Virus record (IMG/VR): IMGVR_UViG_3300045974_000132
Location: 124,001 to 188,000 of that record
DNA length: 64,000 nt
Strand: one strand, 5' to 3'
The position numbers were made by a program, and so were the translations under genes. The notes beneath the pieces are model-generated. The model saw only the letters and a program-made list of their open reading frames with translations, ran no database searches and was not told the origin of the DNA. Positions 1-9,575 of the stretch are shown here, piece after piece. Position 1 is the stretch's first letter. Every line of letters begins with the position of its first letter.

Positions 1-199
1 AATTTCCCCATCACGCATTAGAAGGGTGAAGTTATCCCCCTGTTCAACCCACTCAGATGCCTCTCTGAGGTTCATTCGATTAACGTTATTAGACTCTTCA
101 TGAGAACGTTGGCGAAAAGCAACCAAGTCTTCAGGTGTCACCTTAGACACAGGCACAATGCTCAAAGAGCCGGCCAAACTTATACTAAATTCCATATGC

Positions 200-460
200 C
201 TACCTCAGTAGGTTGTCGAGTTCGTCAACGTGTTTAACTACATCAGCAAACCCATAAGCAGCAGGCTGTCTGTATGCAGCAACAACAAGGCGTGCCGTTA
301 CTTTCAAGGAAATGTAGTGATTGCGATCAGCACACCCCGCGAGTTCCCATCGACTAAATCCGTGTAGCTTAAACCAGCTGCCAACCTTCTCAGCAGCTTC
401 AATAATGTCAGCGGGCACTTCAGGAATTATTACCGCAATAGGCTCAGACATTTTTGTCAC
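200..460 (-). CDS. hypothetical protein
   Basis: 86 aa ORF co-oriented with and overlapping its neighbour; no recognisable motif. Confidence 0.6.
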   Translation of the reverse strand: MTKMSEPIAVIIPEVPADIIEAAEKVGSWFKLHGFSRWELAGCADRNHYISLKVTARLVVAAYRQPAAYGFADVVKHVDELDNLLR

Positions 461-833
461 CTAGCCCTTCCTCACATTGAAACGCATCCTTGAGAGCTAG
501 TTGATACTCACTAGCAGCAACCTCTCGCATGAAGGTATCTCGTATTTCAGGTTGCACGCCTTCACAATCAGGACTAGTTAGGCGCATTGCTGCCCAGTCG
601 GTCTTGAAATTGACTGTAGTAAGATGCTCTGACAGAGTAGGGTGTTCTGCCCGAGACTTGATAATACGCATCGTCACAACACCGTTAGGCTCAATTTTAG
701 TTGCACCTAAGGATTTCAGTAGCTCTGAGTAGGGCCGATCAACAGGCTTTGTACTAAGGATATACGGAGGATACCTTTTAGAGATATCCTGTAGTTCTTG
801 AAACAGCTTTTCAATATCTTCATTCTCAGACAT
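444..833 (-). CDS. hypothetical protein
   Basis: 129 aa ORF with GAGGTG Shine-Dalgarno. Confidence 0.65.
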   Translation of the reverse strand: MSENEDIEKLFQELQDISKRYPPYILSTKPVDRPYSELLKSLGATKIEPNGVVTMRIIKSRAEHPTLSEHLTTVNFKTDWAAMRLTSPDCEGVQPEIRDTFMREVAASEYQLALKDAFQCEEGLGDKNV

Positions 834-875
834 GAAATCACCTCAACGTTTTGTATTATGTTATCAAACGTAGGT

Positions 876-909
876 AGAGGGTTGGCACCTACTAAGATAC
901 CAACCCTCT
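876..909 (-). terminator. hairpin downstream of the helicase gene (probable terminator)
   Basis: Inverted repeat AGAGGGTTGG/CCAACCCTCT just after the helicase stop. Confidence 0.45.
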
Positions 910-916
910 GTGCCCA

Positions 917-2329
917 TTACTTTTGCCCTGCTTCGTAATCTACTTCAACTTCATCATCGTTTAGGTTTAGATCATGCTCACCTTTACTGCGTGAAGAAGT
1001 ACGCTTGCTACCATTGCTTACGTTAACTTCGCCACCTTCTTTTGATGAACCGTCTACTGCTTCTTCTCCGTCCATGTTCTCGACAGACATAACTTCAAAC
1101 AGCTCCTTCAATTCAAACGGGAACAGTTCTTGGTCACGCGCCTTCAACTGGCGAATCGGAAGTACCTTGCTCTCACGCTGTTCGGGCTTGTAGTAGTTCC
1201 AAGTCCAGGCTGCGTCAGCATGTTCAAGCATACCCTTAGAGTACCGAATGCGATCATCATCACTGTCAAGCTGGGCAAGAAGAATAACAAGACAATTATT
1301 CTCACCACTAAACAACTTGCATTGTCGCACGACAGCAGATAGTGCCTTCCACTGATCCTTTTCATCTATACCGTCCAGTAGTGAAATGTAGTCAATGCCT
1401 ATTACTTTGTAACCATAAGGCTTGACCAGCGTTAGCAACTGCGTAATGTTGACACCGCGCTTCGGGCAGATGAAAGAGTATTGAGCATCATACTTCTCAC
1501 CATACCGATGTAACTTACGCCAAGCGCGTTTAGCTTCTGCCCGTTCTTCGTCTGACAAGGCTTTCTTAACGAATTTCCAATACGGAATCTTCGTCAAGCT
1601 GGACAATAAGCGGCGTGTAATCTTACGCTCATTCATTTCAAGCGAAACATTCGCTACGCTGATCTTGTTGATCCTATACATATTGGTCAACATGTTCATC
1701 AATAGCGTGGACTTACCACCAGAAGTAGTTGCTGCTAACAGCATTACACCCTCTGAAGGAACACCACCATTCTTTTCATCAATGTCTTTGAAGCCGCACT
1801 TGAGTAGGGCTTCATCTTCCATACTTAAAGCATCATCAACTAGGTCTATAGCATTCGCGTCACGACCGATTGAATGCACAAGATTACCTAGTTCATGCCT
1901 AGATCGAGTTGTCGTAAGGACGTTTGTAACCTCGTCTAGTAAGTCATCTACTTCTACCTCCGGCTTTTTAAGTTCATCAATGATGTCCTTGGCCATGTAA
2001 TATAAGGCACGAGTCTTTCGATACTTATCGAGAGCTTCTATTAGACGATGCGCTCTATCAACTGTTCTACAAGCAGGCACTTCGGACTCACGTAGAAGAT
2101 CCCGATACTCTTCATTCAGAGCAGGATCTTCTAGGAGTTCAGTATAGCCCAAAATAACAGACCGCTTCTTAGCAACATTGTGTAGTCGCTGATAAGCTGC
2201 CTTGCAAGGTTCATATTGAAAGAAGGTATCGTCTAGCCCACCCAACAGCAAAGCCTGCACTTCCTCGCGCGAGGAAGCACAGATACTTTTGATTGCTGTC
2301 TGTTCCAGTTTTTGGCTAAACAGTTTAAT
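917..2329 (-). CDS. dnaB: DnaB-like (SF4) replicative DNA helicase
   Basis: Walker A AATTSGGKST, SLEM motif, Walker B IGIDYISL, LAQL and KARD motifs. Frame is open to a probable ATT start at 2329 with GGAG 7 nt upstream (ORF track starts at GTG 2260). Confidence 0.9.
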   Translation of the reverse strand: MKLFSQKLEQTAIKSICASSREEVQALLLGGLDDTFFQYEPCKAAYQRLHNVAKKRSVILGYTELLEDPALNEEYRDLLRESEVPACRTVDRAHRLIEALDKYRKTRALYYMAKDIIDELKKPEVEVDDLLDEVTNVLTTTRSRHELGNLVHSIGRDANAIDLVDDALSMEDEALLKCGFKDIDEKNGGVPSEGVMLLAATTSGGKSTLLMNMLTNMYRINKISVANVSLEMNERKITRRLLSSLTKIPYWKFVKKALSDEERAEAKRAWRKLHRYGEKYDAQYSFICPKRGVNITQLLTLVKPYGYKVIGIDYISLLDGIDEKDQWKALSAVVRQCKLFSGENNCLVILLAQLDSDDDRIRYSKGMLEHADAAWTWNYYKPEQRESKVLPIRQLKARDQELFPFELKELFEVMSVENMDGEEAVDGSSKEGGEVNVSNGSKRTSSRSKGEHDLNLNDDEVEVDYEAGQK

Positions 2330-2343
2330 TTTGGTACTCCCAC

Positions 2344-2748
2344 TTATTTCTTATGCTGATAAATAGGAGGGATGAAGATTTGCAATTCAGGCATCTTCTC
2401 TTCTGTACGTCGCAACCACTCAATGAACTCATTGGGCGGAGGCTCTGTAACAGATACCTGCATGTCTCCGATCGGGCGGCCAGGAGCCTTCCAACGTTTA
2501 ACACATGCGAACATAGACCTTGAAATCAATCCCGCGATAGCTGCATCGAGTGCTGCTTCGGAGAGCATATACTCCCCACACAATAGAGCTTTTACAGAAT
2601 TGACAGTAAGACGTTCGTTCGCCTTGATCGTGTTGTAAACCATATACACAACAATCGAATGCTTAACCGTAGAATCCTCTGACGCAAGACCACAACTGAA
2701 GCGGTGCTTCAATTCGATCTTATCTAAAACAATTGTGTCAGTGGTCAT
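2344..2748 (-). CDS. hypothetical protein
   Basis: 134 aa ORF translationally coupled to the upstream gene. Confidence 0.65.
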   Translation of the reverse strand: MTTDTIVLDKIELKHRFSCGLASEDSTVKHSIVVYMVYNTIKANERLTVNSVKALLCGEYMLSEAALDAAIAGLISRSMFACVKRWKAPGRPIGDMQVSVTEPPPNEFIEWLRRTEEKMPELQIFIPPIYQHKK

Positions 2749-3848
2749 TATGCCTCCATTAACTCACGCAAGCTTCCGAGGAAGGTTTCTACCTTGCCCG
2801 GTGTCACCTTTAGAAACTCTGCTACATACCCATTGAACTCATTTGCAGAGCAACGTGCTTGTACGTCCACGTTGTCTTCACTAGGCTTACACAGTTCTTC
2901 CTGCTTCAGCCAATCGGTGAACTCTGCGTCTTCTTTACCCATGAGCAAGGATATGAAGCGATACTTTTTCTTACGATGCTTAACTGAGTTCAACACCTCA
3001 GAGACACTGAACTCCAACTCAAACTTAGTGTGCGCATCATTGGCAACGTTTAGGATGTCGACAGGGTTGCCGTCTTCATCTACGCCCGTATGAACTTGAT
3101 TCTGTGAAACACACAACAAGCTGAATTGGTTCTCATTGTTTTTATCACTACCTACATTTACCAATCGACCACGCTTTTGTGAAGTGTGACTCTTGATAAT
3201 ATTGATGGCATGATTATGTACAGCCCTCTTAAGGTAGTTGATGATGTGAAGCTCAGTTGCTTGAGCGGGAATCAACGAGTAGAAGGATTGAAGCACCTTC
3301 GTACTAAGGTCACTGTGCATATCCTCAAAAGTAATATTGTCGGATTTAACAATGAACCGAAGCTTCTTGTAACTGATAAACTTGATGTACTTCAGAATCG
3401 AAGGATAGATACGTGTGAATAATGTGTCAATCTCCTTTGGGTCTAATAGAACATTGTTCCTACCTACTTTCCTACCTGCTTGACACAGGGCGCGACGGAA
3501 CCAACCGTTTTCACTGAACAAGGTGTACACCATGAACGTGTCGTTTCGTGTGATCCCAAGAAGCGCGCCTAAGGAGAATGCGTCTTCCTTAGTAGGGCTT
3601 TTCATTCTTGCTAGGCGTAGAGAAAACAGCTTCAGGTCGAGATTCGCATAGCGTTGATCTTGAATCGACAACCTGAATAGCTTTGCACTGTACTCACTAC
3701 AATAAGGCTTGATGTACTCCTGATATTCAAACGCAGAAGAACTACCTACGAGATACAGGATACTCTCTGCATACGTATAAACAAATGCCTCACTGTCTGG
3801 TTCAACGTACAAGCCAGCTTTTACTACCCCATATAAACCTTTTGCCAT
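2748..3848 (-). CDS. putative sigma-factor-like transcription protein
   Basis: Segment FEDMHSDLSTKVLQSF...INYLKRAVHNHAINIIKSHTSQKR resembles sigma70-family region 2; by-eye similarity only. Confidence 0.4.
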   Translation of the reverse strand: MAKGLYGVVKAGLYVEPDSEAFVYTYAESILYLVGSSSAFEYQEYIKPYCSEYSAKLFRLSIQDQRYANLDLKLFSLRLARMKSPTKEDAFSLGALLGITRNDTFMVYTLFSENGWFRRALCQAGRKVGRNNVLLDPKEIDTLFTRIYPSILKYIKFISYKKLRFIVKSDNITFEDMHSDLSTKVLQSFYSLIPAQATELHIINYLKRAVHNHAINIIKSHTSQKRGRLVNVGSDKNNENQFSLLCVSQNQVHTGVDEDGNPVDILNVANDAHTKFELEFSVSEVLNSVKHRKKKYRFISLLMGKEDAEFTDWLKQEELCKPSEDNVDVQARCSANEFNGYVAEFLKVTPGKVETFLGSLRELMEA

Positions 3849-3886
3849 ATTTTACTCCCACTGCTGATGCTGCGCTTGTTAGACAA

Positions 3887-4609
3887 TCAATAATGGAAAG
3901 TAATTTCTGCGCCTTCCTTGACGTCCTTCTTACGCTTTGCAGTGGGTGTTCGACCGATGATACCGCGTGCCATACGTGACACTATAGATACCAAGTCGTC
4001 TTCACTTGACTTCTTCTTTGTTACTTGCTTACGCATGGGTTGTTCGCTGTTGGCTACTTCATCCAACTTAGCAATATGCCCACGAATATATTCTGGCCCG
4101 CCTTCAGGGTCGTCGCGCTTCTTGGAAGCAAGCATCGCTTCACGAATAGGCTTAAACTTTGCGACAGTGAAAAGGGTATTACCTTCCTCGTCATTCAAAA
4201 CAGACAAGAACATCTTGCCAGAATCACCTACGATACGAACATACTCCTTGTCAGCATACAAAACATAACCGATCAAGAAGTTGCTAAGGTAGTTGCGATT
4301 ACTGCTACCTGTGAAACGAACATAAACTTTCTGCATGAAACGCCAGCCTGCTTTGCGCGTGTTACGCTCCGCGTGGAGTACGGCGCCTAGCGTTTGTAAT
4401 TCATTTGCAGACATGCCATGGACGGCTTCAGCCATCTTGTGCATACGATCAATCTTTTGCCCAGAACCAACCAACGTGAACATATCAGGCTTATACGTGT
4501 TGCAAGCCTTATTAGTGGGAATCTTGCCTAGATCAGAGCAGCGGCGTTCAAAACAACGCTCACGATTTAAATACAGGCAGGAACCACAGTTCAGGTTTTG
4601 TTTGCTCAT
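3887..4609 (-). CDS. hypothetical protein with N-terminal Cys cluster
   Basis: 240 aa; CxxC...C...C at the N-terminus. Confidence 0.65.
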   Translation of the reverse strand: MSKQNLNCGSCLYLNRERCFERRCSDLGKIPTNKACNTYKPDMFTLVGSGQKIDRMHKMAEAVHGMSANELQTLGAVLHAERNTRKAGWRFMQKVYVRFTGSSNRNYLSNFLIGYVLYADKEYVRIVGDSGKMFLSVLNDEEGNTLFTVAKFKPIREAMLASKKRDDPEGGPEYIRGHIAKLDEVANSEQPMRKQVTKKKSSEDDLVSIVSRMARGIIGRTPTAKRKKDVKEGAEITFHY

Positions 4610-5051
4610 TTTTGATACCCTTCTTCGCTAGAGTAAATTTGATGCAATACTCTAGAGCCTTATCTTGCGAGGTACCTAAATCTTTTGCCAGGATCTTAAA
4701 TAGGTGCCAATCCTGGTTACTTAATGTTGTACTTACAAGATGCTCCAGAGAGTCGGAGTTAGGAACATCTGTAAGGAAAGCTTGGACAAGCACTTCAACC
4801 CAGCGGGTTGCACGGGCCTCTTCTTCGGGTGTAGACCAGAAGCTTGTGGTACGGCGTATACGTTTTGGGTTGTTGATGCAGGAGACTAAATACATTGCGT
4901 TAGCATGGAGAATATTGTGGCAGCTACTACAAAGTATTATCTGTAAGCTGTCCCTACCGCCTCTAGCTTGTGGGACAGTGTGATGGCTGTGCATAACAGA
5001 TTCGTGAATATCACAAATCACACAGGAGTCATGGGTAATTAAACTCGGCAC
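4560..5051 (-). CDS. HNH endonuclease domain protein
   Basis: CVIC...HHTVPQARGG...LCSSCHN, a zinc-finger HNH signature. Confidence 0.8.
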   Translation of the reverse strand: MPSLITHDSCVICDIHESVMHSHHTVPQARGGRDSLQIILCSSCHNILHANAMYLVSCINNPKRIRRTTSFWSTPEEEARATRWVEVLVQAFLTDVPNSDSLEHLVSTTLSNQDWHLFKILAKDLGTSQDKALEYCIKFTLAKKGIKNEQTKPELWFLPVFKS

Positions 5052-5097
5052 ACTACACCTCTAACTAGGAGACTATACTACAAGGTAGGACAGAGTA

Positions 5098-6120
5098 TCA
5101 GAAGGGAAGCCCCCACTTGACGGTACTGGCGTTACGACCGGAGAGCGCGATACGCATCAATGCACTCATTTTCGGCTTTGGCAAAACCCAATACATCTGG
5201 ATGTCAGCCTTACGCGGATTACCGACTGGTTGATCGGATACAAATTCGTAATCACGACCGCTCTTTTCATTCACAAGACTAACTACACTCTCAGCATAAG
5301 CTAAGGGCGTCAAACCTACGCGCTTGGCTTTTGCTTCAGAGATAGCGACCAACACTTGGTCGAGTAGTACCGCATAGCCCTCAATGAGGACATGCTCAAT
5401 ACCTAAGTCTTTGAACGTTTTGGGGTTGTTCATTTGGTAATTGGAGAAGATGGGTACGATGGGCATACGGATCAATTGAAAATCCGTTTTGAATGTTGTA
5501 GGCAATTTCTCTCGCATTTGGGCGAGGCCATGCAATTGCGTTACAGTAGCCACATCGGTGATCTCACCTGTCGGAGGCCCGGACGTTGCATCCTGGGTCT
5601 TAACGGCTTGCTTAACAACTGTCAGTGCTTCCTTCATGTCAGCGGACTTAGACAGTGCAGCCTTTAGGGACTCTTGTTCAGCAGACAGAACAACAGCTTT
5701 AGCCTTATTGGCTTCCTCTTTTTCAATTTCGACAGAGAGACTAGAACACACGTTCGGATAGAACCGAGTACGCAGAGTGTTCAGAGTGCCACGGAATTCA
5801 CTCCGCGACATATCGCCTGAAGATAAGCCTTCAAGCGTGCCGTCAATAATATTGAAGACGGCTTTTAGATTTTTTCTTACATCAATAAACTTACGTTTTT
5901 CATTGTCCGTAAGGTGCGATAGGGTAGTGCTAACAGACTCCTTCAGGTTTGTCAGTCTCTTGCTAATGACTGAGCGTTTCTTTTCGGAAGAACACGAGGT
6001 CATCGTATCTTCAAGTAAACCGGCAACTTCTTGGATAAGTTGAACGGTAGTTTTTTTGACCATGATGATTCCAACCTTTATTCTTGGTGGCAGTTTAAGT
6101 AGATGTATAAAGCTCCCCAT
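5098..6120 (-). CDS. hypothetical protein
   Basis: 340 aa ORF preceded by the CTAATTTA motif. Confidence 0.7.
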   Translation of the reverse strand: MGSFIHLLKLPPRIKVGIIMVKKTTVQLIQEVAGLLEDTMTSCSSEKKRSVISKRLTNLKESVSTTLSHLTDNEKRKFIDVRKNLKAVFNIIDGTLEGLSSGDMSRSEFRGTLNTLRTRFYPNVCSSLSVEIEKEEANKAKAVVLSAEQESLKAALSKSADMKEALTVVKQAVKTQDATSGPPTGEITDVATVTQLHGLAQMREKLPTTFKTDFQLIRMPIVPIFSNYQMNNPKTFKDLGIEHVLIEGYAVLLDQVLVAISEAKAKRVGLTPLAYAESVVSLVNEKSGRDYEFVSDQPVGNPRKADIQMYWVLPKPKMSALMRIALSGRNASTVKWGLPF

Positions 6121-6216
6121 TACATCTACTGGTTTGTATAAATTAGAATGCCTTCATTTCAGACGAATACGTTACGATGCGCCTCTGCATCTGTACCGCC
6201 TTAGATAAGAGCTAAA

Positions 6217-7638
6217 CTAAAATGCCTTTATATCAAGAGTTTTCAGATCCCGTACTACCCGAACTGGGAGTATCTTCAACTCTTGTTGCAGCTTTTTGAT
6301 GCTAAGTTCGGCCTCCTTAATTGCCGATTTAAGTTTAGATGCCTCAAGTGACTTTAGTTGCCTTACTTTCAGATCGAGGATTTCATTTGCTTCTTCTGGA
6401 GTTATCTTCAACTTCGTTACCAGATAAGCAGTAGAGTCTTCTACCTTCAAAGATGCAATAATCACAGCAAGATTGAGGACCGCAAGCAGAGTTACGTTCA
6501 ACCTACGTAACTTCTTTTCCTCCAATGAGATTAGATAATGAACTACCTTACGTTCCATTTCGATGCGCCAGCTGCACCATTCATGAATCAAGGTAGCTAC
6601 GTCAGAACGTCGGAACGATACGCCTTTAAGTTGTCGATCCGTAACTCCTATATCATAGGATTGTGTTCGTGTTATTTCCTTCTCAACTACTGGAAGTACA
6701 TCTTCCAGCTTTAGGTTTCTCATATAGGTTATTTCAAATCTAAAGCCCTTCTTGTCTGAAACATCTGACACCGATTGGATCATCGGTTTAGCCAAAAGGT
6801 TCTTACTGAGAGTTGCCCAACTAGCCTTTGAAATCAACCCGGGTGCTGCGGATGTTAATGCGATGATGCGCTTTGCTTCATCTACTTCCAGAATCGGTCG
6901 AAATGATATACTGCCCTTGCCGGTTTTAAAGAATGCAAGTTTTGTTTTCCGATCCGATATACACTCGCCGCCGTATGCAAAGTTAAAGTCCAAGTTATCT
7001 AAGCACAGCTTTGGTGTAATCTTGATGCCTTCTAAACACATTACAACTAGGTCCAGAACACCCTTGATACCGAACGATGGGCATTCTGCGCTCATACCGA
7101 AAGCGATTGACACGCTGCCGTTCAACAACAAAACGGGAAGCTTGACAGGTAGCACTAACGGCATTCGATCATCACCGCTGAAGTTAGGCACATAGTCTGT
7201 CACCGCCAGATACGTCGGATCGAGCATGTACTTCGTTGCAAACGTTGACAACCTTGCTTCAGTATAACGGTAAGCAGCAGGAGGGTCGATGTTATCTCCC
7301 CAATTGCCGAAACCTTCTACTAAGGGAATAGGCGTGTTGCGTGTTGCCCAATCCCCTTTCTCATTCTTCGTACCTGCGATACCAACCATCGCGTCATACG
7401 TTGAAGAGTCACCGTGTGGGTGGAACTTACCTAATACCTCACCTACAGTACGAGCAGCTTTCTTGAAAGGCCCTGAGTCTTTCAACCCTAGTCCATACAA
7501 CGCCCATAGAACACAGCGATGGACAGGCTTAAGGCCGTCACGAAAATCAGGAACTGCTCGTTGCATAACAACCTCTTGTCCATAAGACAAAAGATTACGT
7601 GCTGTTATGGAAGATAAAGATTCAGTTTGGTGTGTCAC
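6217..7638 (-). CDS. gyrA: type IIA topoisomerase subunit A (GyrA/ParC-like, lacking C-terminal beta-pinwheel)
   Basis: RAVPDFRDGLKPVHR, GKFHPHGDSS, catalytic AAYRYTEARL; only 473 aa. Confidence 0.93.
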   Translation of the reverse strand: MTHQTESLSSITARNLLSYGQEVVMQRAVPDFRDGLKPVHRCVLWALYGLGLKDSGPFKKAARTVGEVLGKFHPHGDSSTYDAMVGIAGTKNEKGDWATRNTPIPLVEGFGNWGDNIDPPAAYRYTEARLSTFATKYMLDPTYLAVTDYVPNFSGDDRMPLVLPVKLPVLLLNGSVSIAFGMSAECPSFGIKGVLDLVVMCLEGIKITPKLCLDNLDFNFAYGGECISDRKTKLAFFKTGKGSISFRPILEVDEAKRIIALTSAAPGLISKASWATLSKNLLAKPMIQSVSDVSDKKGFRFEITYMRNLKLEDVLPVVEKEITRTQSYDIGVTDRQLKGVSFRRSDVATLIHEWCSWRIEMERKVVHYLISLEEKKLRRLNVTLLAVLNLAVIIASLKVEDSTAYLVTKLKITPEEANEILDLKVRQLKSLEASKLKSAIKEAELSIKKLQQELKILPVRVVRDLKTLDIKAF

Positions 7639-7665
7639 GGTATTTTTCTTATTTCAAGAAACGAC

Positions 7666-7698
7666 AAAAGGCCGAGGCTCAATTACGAGTCTCAGCCG
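7666..7698 (-). terminator. rho-independent terminator candidate
   Basis: GGCTGAGAC/GCCTCGGCC-type stem followed by TTTT on the minus strand, after the 7710 gene. Confidence 0.45.
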
Positions 7699-7709
7699 AC
7701 GAATTTTAC

Positions 7710-8138
7710 TTATCCGGCGCGCTGTGTAACGGCCGCCGTTATATCTGATACCTTTGGAGCAGCTTCTACTTGTGCTTTGGTAGCACAGTCTTCTGCACTT
7801 GTAGGGACTGCCAACAGGACGGGCGCTTCAACGTCCCCTATAAGCTTGATGCAAAGATCAATTTCTGCCAGACGAACCAACTTCGATTTGCCGAAGACGA
7901 TCTTCTCACCCAATGCAGCACCTAGCTCGCCCCGCGCTAGGTTGTAGTCTTGAACGCATAGAGCCGTTGTCTTCCCAACTTTCAGGAAGGTATCCTTTTG
8001 GAATACGAAGGGCGTTCCCACATGCACATACTCGAATCGCACCGACGTTGCCGACAGCTTGCCGTTCAGGAGGAGCAACTTAGGTTCAGGAACTACAACC
8101 TTACGTGCTTTGGAGGATTCCTTTTTGTTCTTTGCCAT
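7710..8138 (-). CDS. hypothetical protein
   Basis: ORF with AGGATG SD, downstream of a consensus sigma70 promoter. Confidence 0.65.
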   Translation of the reverse strand: MAKNKKESSKARKVVVPEPKLLLLNGKLSATSVRFEYVHVGTPFVFQKDTFLKVGKTTALCVQDYNLARGELGAALGEKIVFGKSKLVRLAEIDLCIKLIGDVEAPVLLAVPTSAEDCATKAQVEAAPKVSDITAAVTQRAG

Positions 8139-8267
8139 TTTGTTACATCCTAGGATGTTTTCCATTTACAAAGGAACTTGGCATTTGCGAAACGGAAAAA
8201 ATTCAAATGTCAAGTTTGCAGATCACACGCATGATTTCGCTTCTCTTCGAGACCTGTGCGTGTCGTA

Positions 8268-8296
8268 ATTATACAGTATTCTTTACAGTTTGTCAA
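8268..8296 (-). promoter_or_regulatory. consensus sigma70 promoter
   Basis: TTGACA-N17-TATAAT on the minus strand; the spacer contains the recurrent AACTGTAAA box. Confidence 0.85.
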
Positions 8297-8317
8297 GCCC
8301 GTTGTAAGTCATTGATT

Positions 8318-8788
8318 TTAAAGACTTTTAGAAACTAGCTTTTCGTCATGCGCTATAAGGAGCAAGTCTTTGATGATCGAGCCCACGCTTTCCTTATCGG
8401 TACTGAGAACATGGCATATGAAATCCTTGCCGTATTCCTTAATCCGGGAAGCTGCCAATTCATGTGCCTTCCGATTGCTTAGTTCAACCCGTTTCTTCAA
8501 ATGGGAATACCTGGGATCACGATGGATGGACTTTATGCTAGTGGGTAGAATCTTACTCGCATCCTCATACATTTCCAAAAGGGTTTTCTGAGCATTAGCT
8601 TCGCCCCGGACTTCCTTCATACGCTTTGCATAGTCAATAAAGGCCGGTAGTACATGCTTCAGTTCATCCTCGGCGGTCTTGCTGTCCGTAAGATAGACAC
8701 GGACGAAAGACATGAATACCTGAAACAAAATAGAGGTTGCTTCTGAGGGATGTTCTTTGTCAGACGACGTAGAGATTATGATCTCCAT
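8318..8788 (-). CDS. hypothetical protein
   Basis: 156 aa ORF with AAGGAAG SD between gyrB-C and gyrA. Confidence 0.65.
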   Translation of the reverse strand: MEIIISTSSDKEHPSEATSILFQVFMSFVRVYLTDSKTAEDELKHVLPAFIDYAKRMKEVRGEANAQKTLLEMYEDASKILPTSIKSIHRDPRYSHLKKRVELSNRKAHELAASRIKEYGKDFICHVLSTDKESVGSIIKDLLLIAHDEKLVSKSL

Positions 8789-8797
8789 GATACTTCC

Positions 8798-9523
8798 TTA
8801 TAGGCCAAGTAGCTCCTTACGAGCAATAGTTTCACTACCTACAAGCCGTTCAAAGTATTGTAGTTCTTTTCCTTTTGGCGGTGTTACTTTGATGACTGTC
8901 CGTGTAGCAGGATTGAATGCTACGTGTTCCAACATCTGAGGACTGATTTCACCCCAGCCCTTAGCTCGACCAATTATGTTTGAATTGGCTCCCTTGGGTA
9001 GCTGCTTCTTTACTTCCAAGAAGGTATCCCCGAAGTAGCGTTTGTTCTTGAAGAAGGCTGAATACAGAGGCGCGTCGACAACGTAGATCATGCCCTGTTC
9101 AAACAGTCTGGGCATCAGACGCCAATACAGAGTTAGCAGCAATACGCAAATGTGACGACCGTCTTCGTCAGCATCAGGAAGCAAGAATATCTTACCTACT
9201 CGAAGCTTGCTGTACGCATCTCCTTTGGCTTCCTTACCCACATCAGCTTTGTGAATATCAAAGTTGTAGCCGGTTGCCATTAAGATGTTCTGGACCTTAT
9301 CTGATTCCAGAATCTTGTGGAGCTTCTGCTTTGCAACGTTCATAATCTTACCGTCGAGCTTCATCAACTCTTGGTATTTACTGTCACGCGCATTCTTCCC
9401 AGTGTTGTGGACATACACCCCGTTTCCTAAAGCAAAGTTATGGTACTCAGGTACAGTAGCATCATATACCGGTACAGACTTTTCTAACTTTATTCGACGA
9501 ATAGACTTAACAAAAACACCCAT
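8798..9523 (-). CDS. gyrB: GyrB/ParE C-terminal half fused to split-intein C fragment (IntC, 40 aa, 9404-9523)
   Basis: Intein blocks F/G VYDATVPEYHNF...VHN followed by +1 Thr, then TOPRIM GKIMN, PDADEDGRHI and KGWGE; own SD GAAGGTG. Confidence 0.93.
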   Translation of the reverse strand: MGVFVKSIRRIKLEKSVPVYDATVPEYHNFALGNGVYVHNTGKNARDSKYQELMKLDGKIMNVAKQKLHKILESDKVQNILMATGYNFDIHKADVGKEAKGDAYSKLRVGKIFLLPDADEDGRHICVLLLTLYWRLMPRLFEQGMIYVVDAPLYSAFFKNKRYFGDTFLEVKKQLPKGANSNIIGRAKGWGEISPQMLEHVAFNPATRTVIKVTPPKGKELQYFERLVGSETIARKELLGL

Positions 9524-9575
9524 TAAATCACCTTCTACTAAATACTAATTTAATTGTGTTATAAAGGAGAACATA

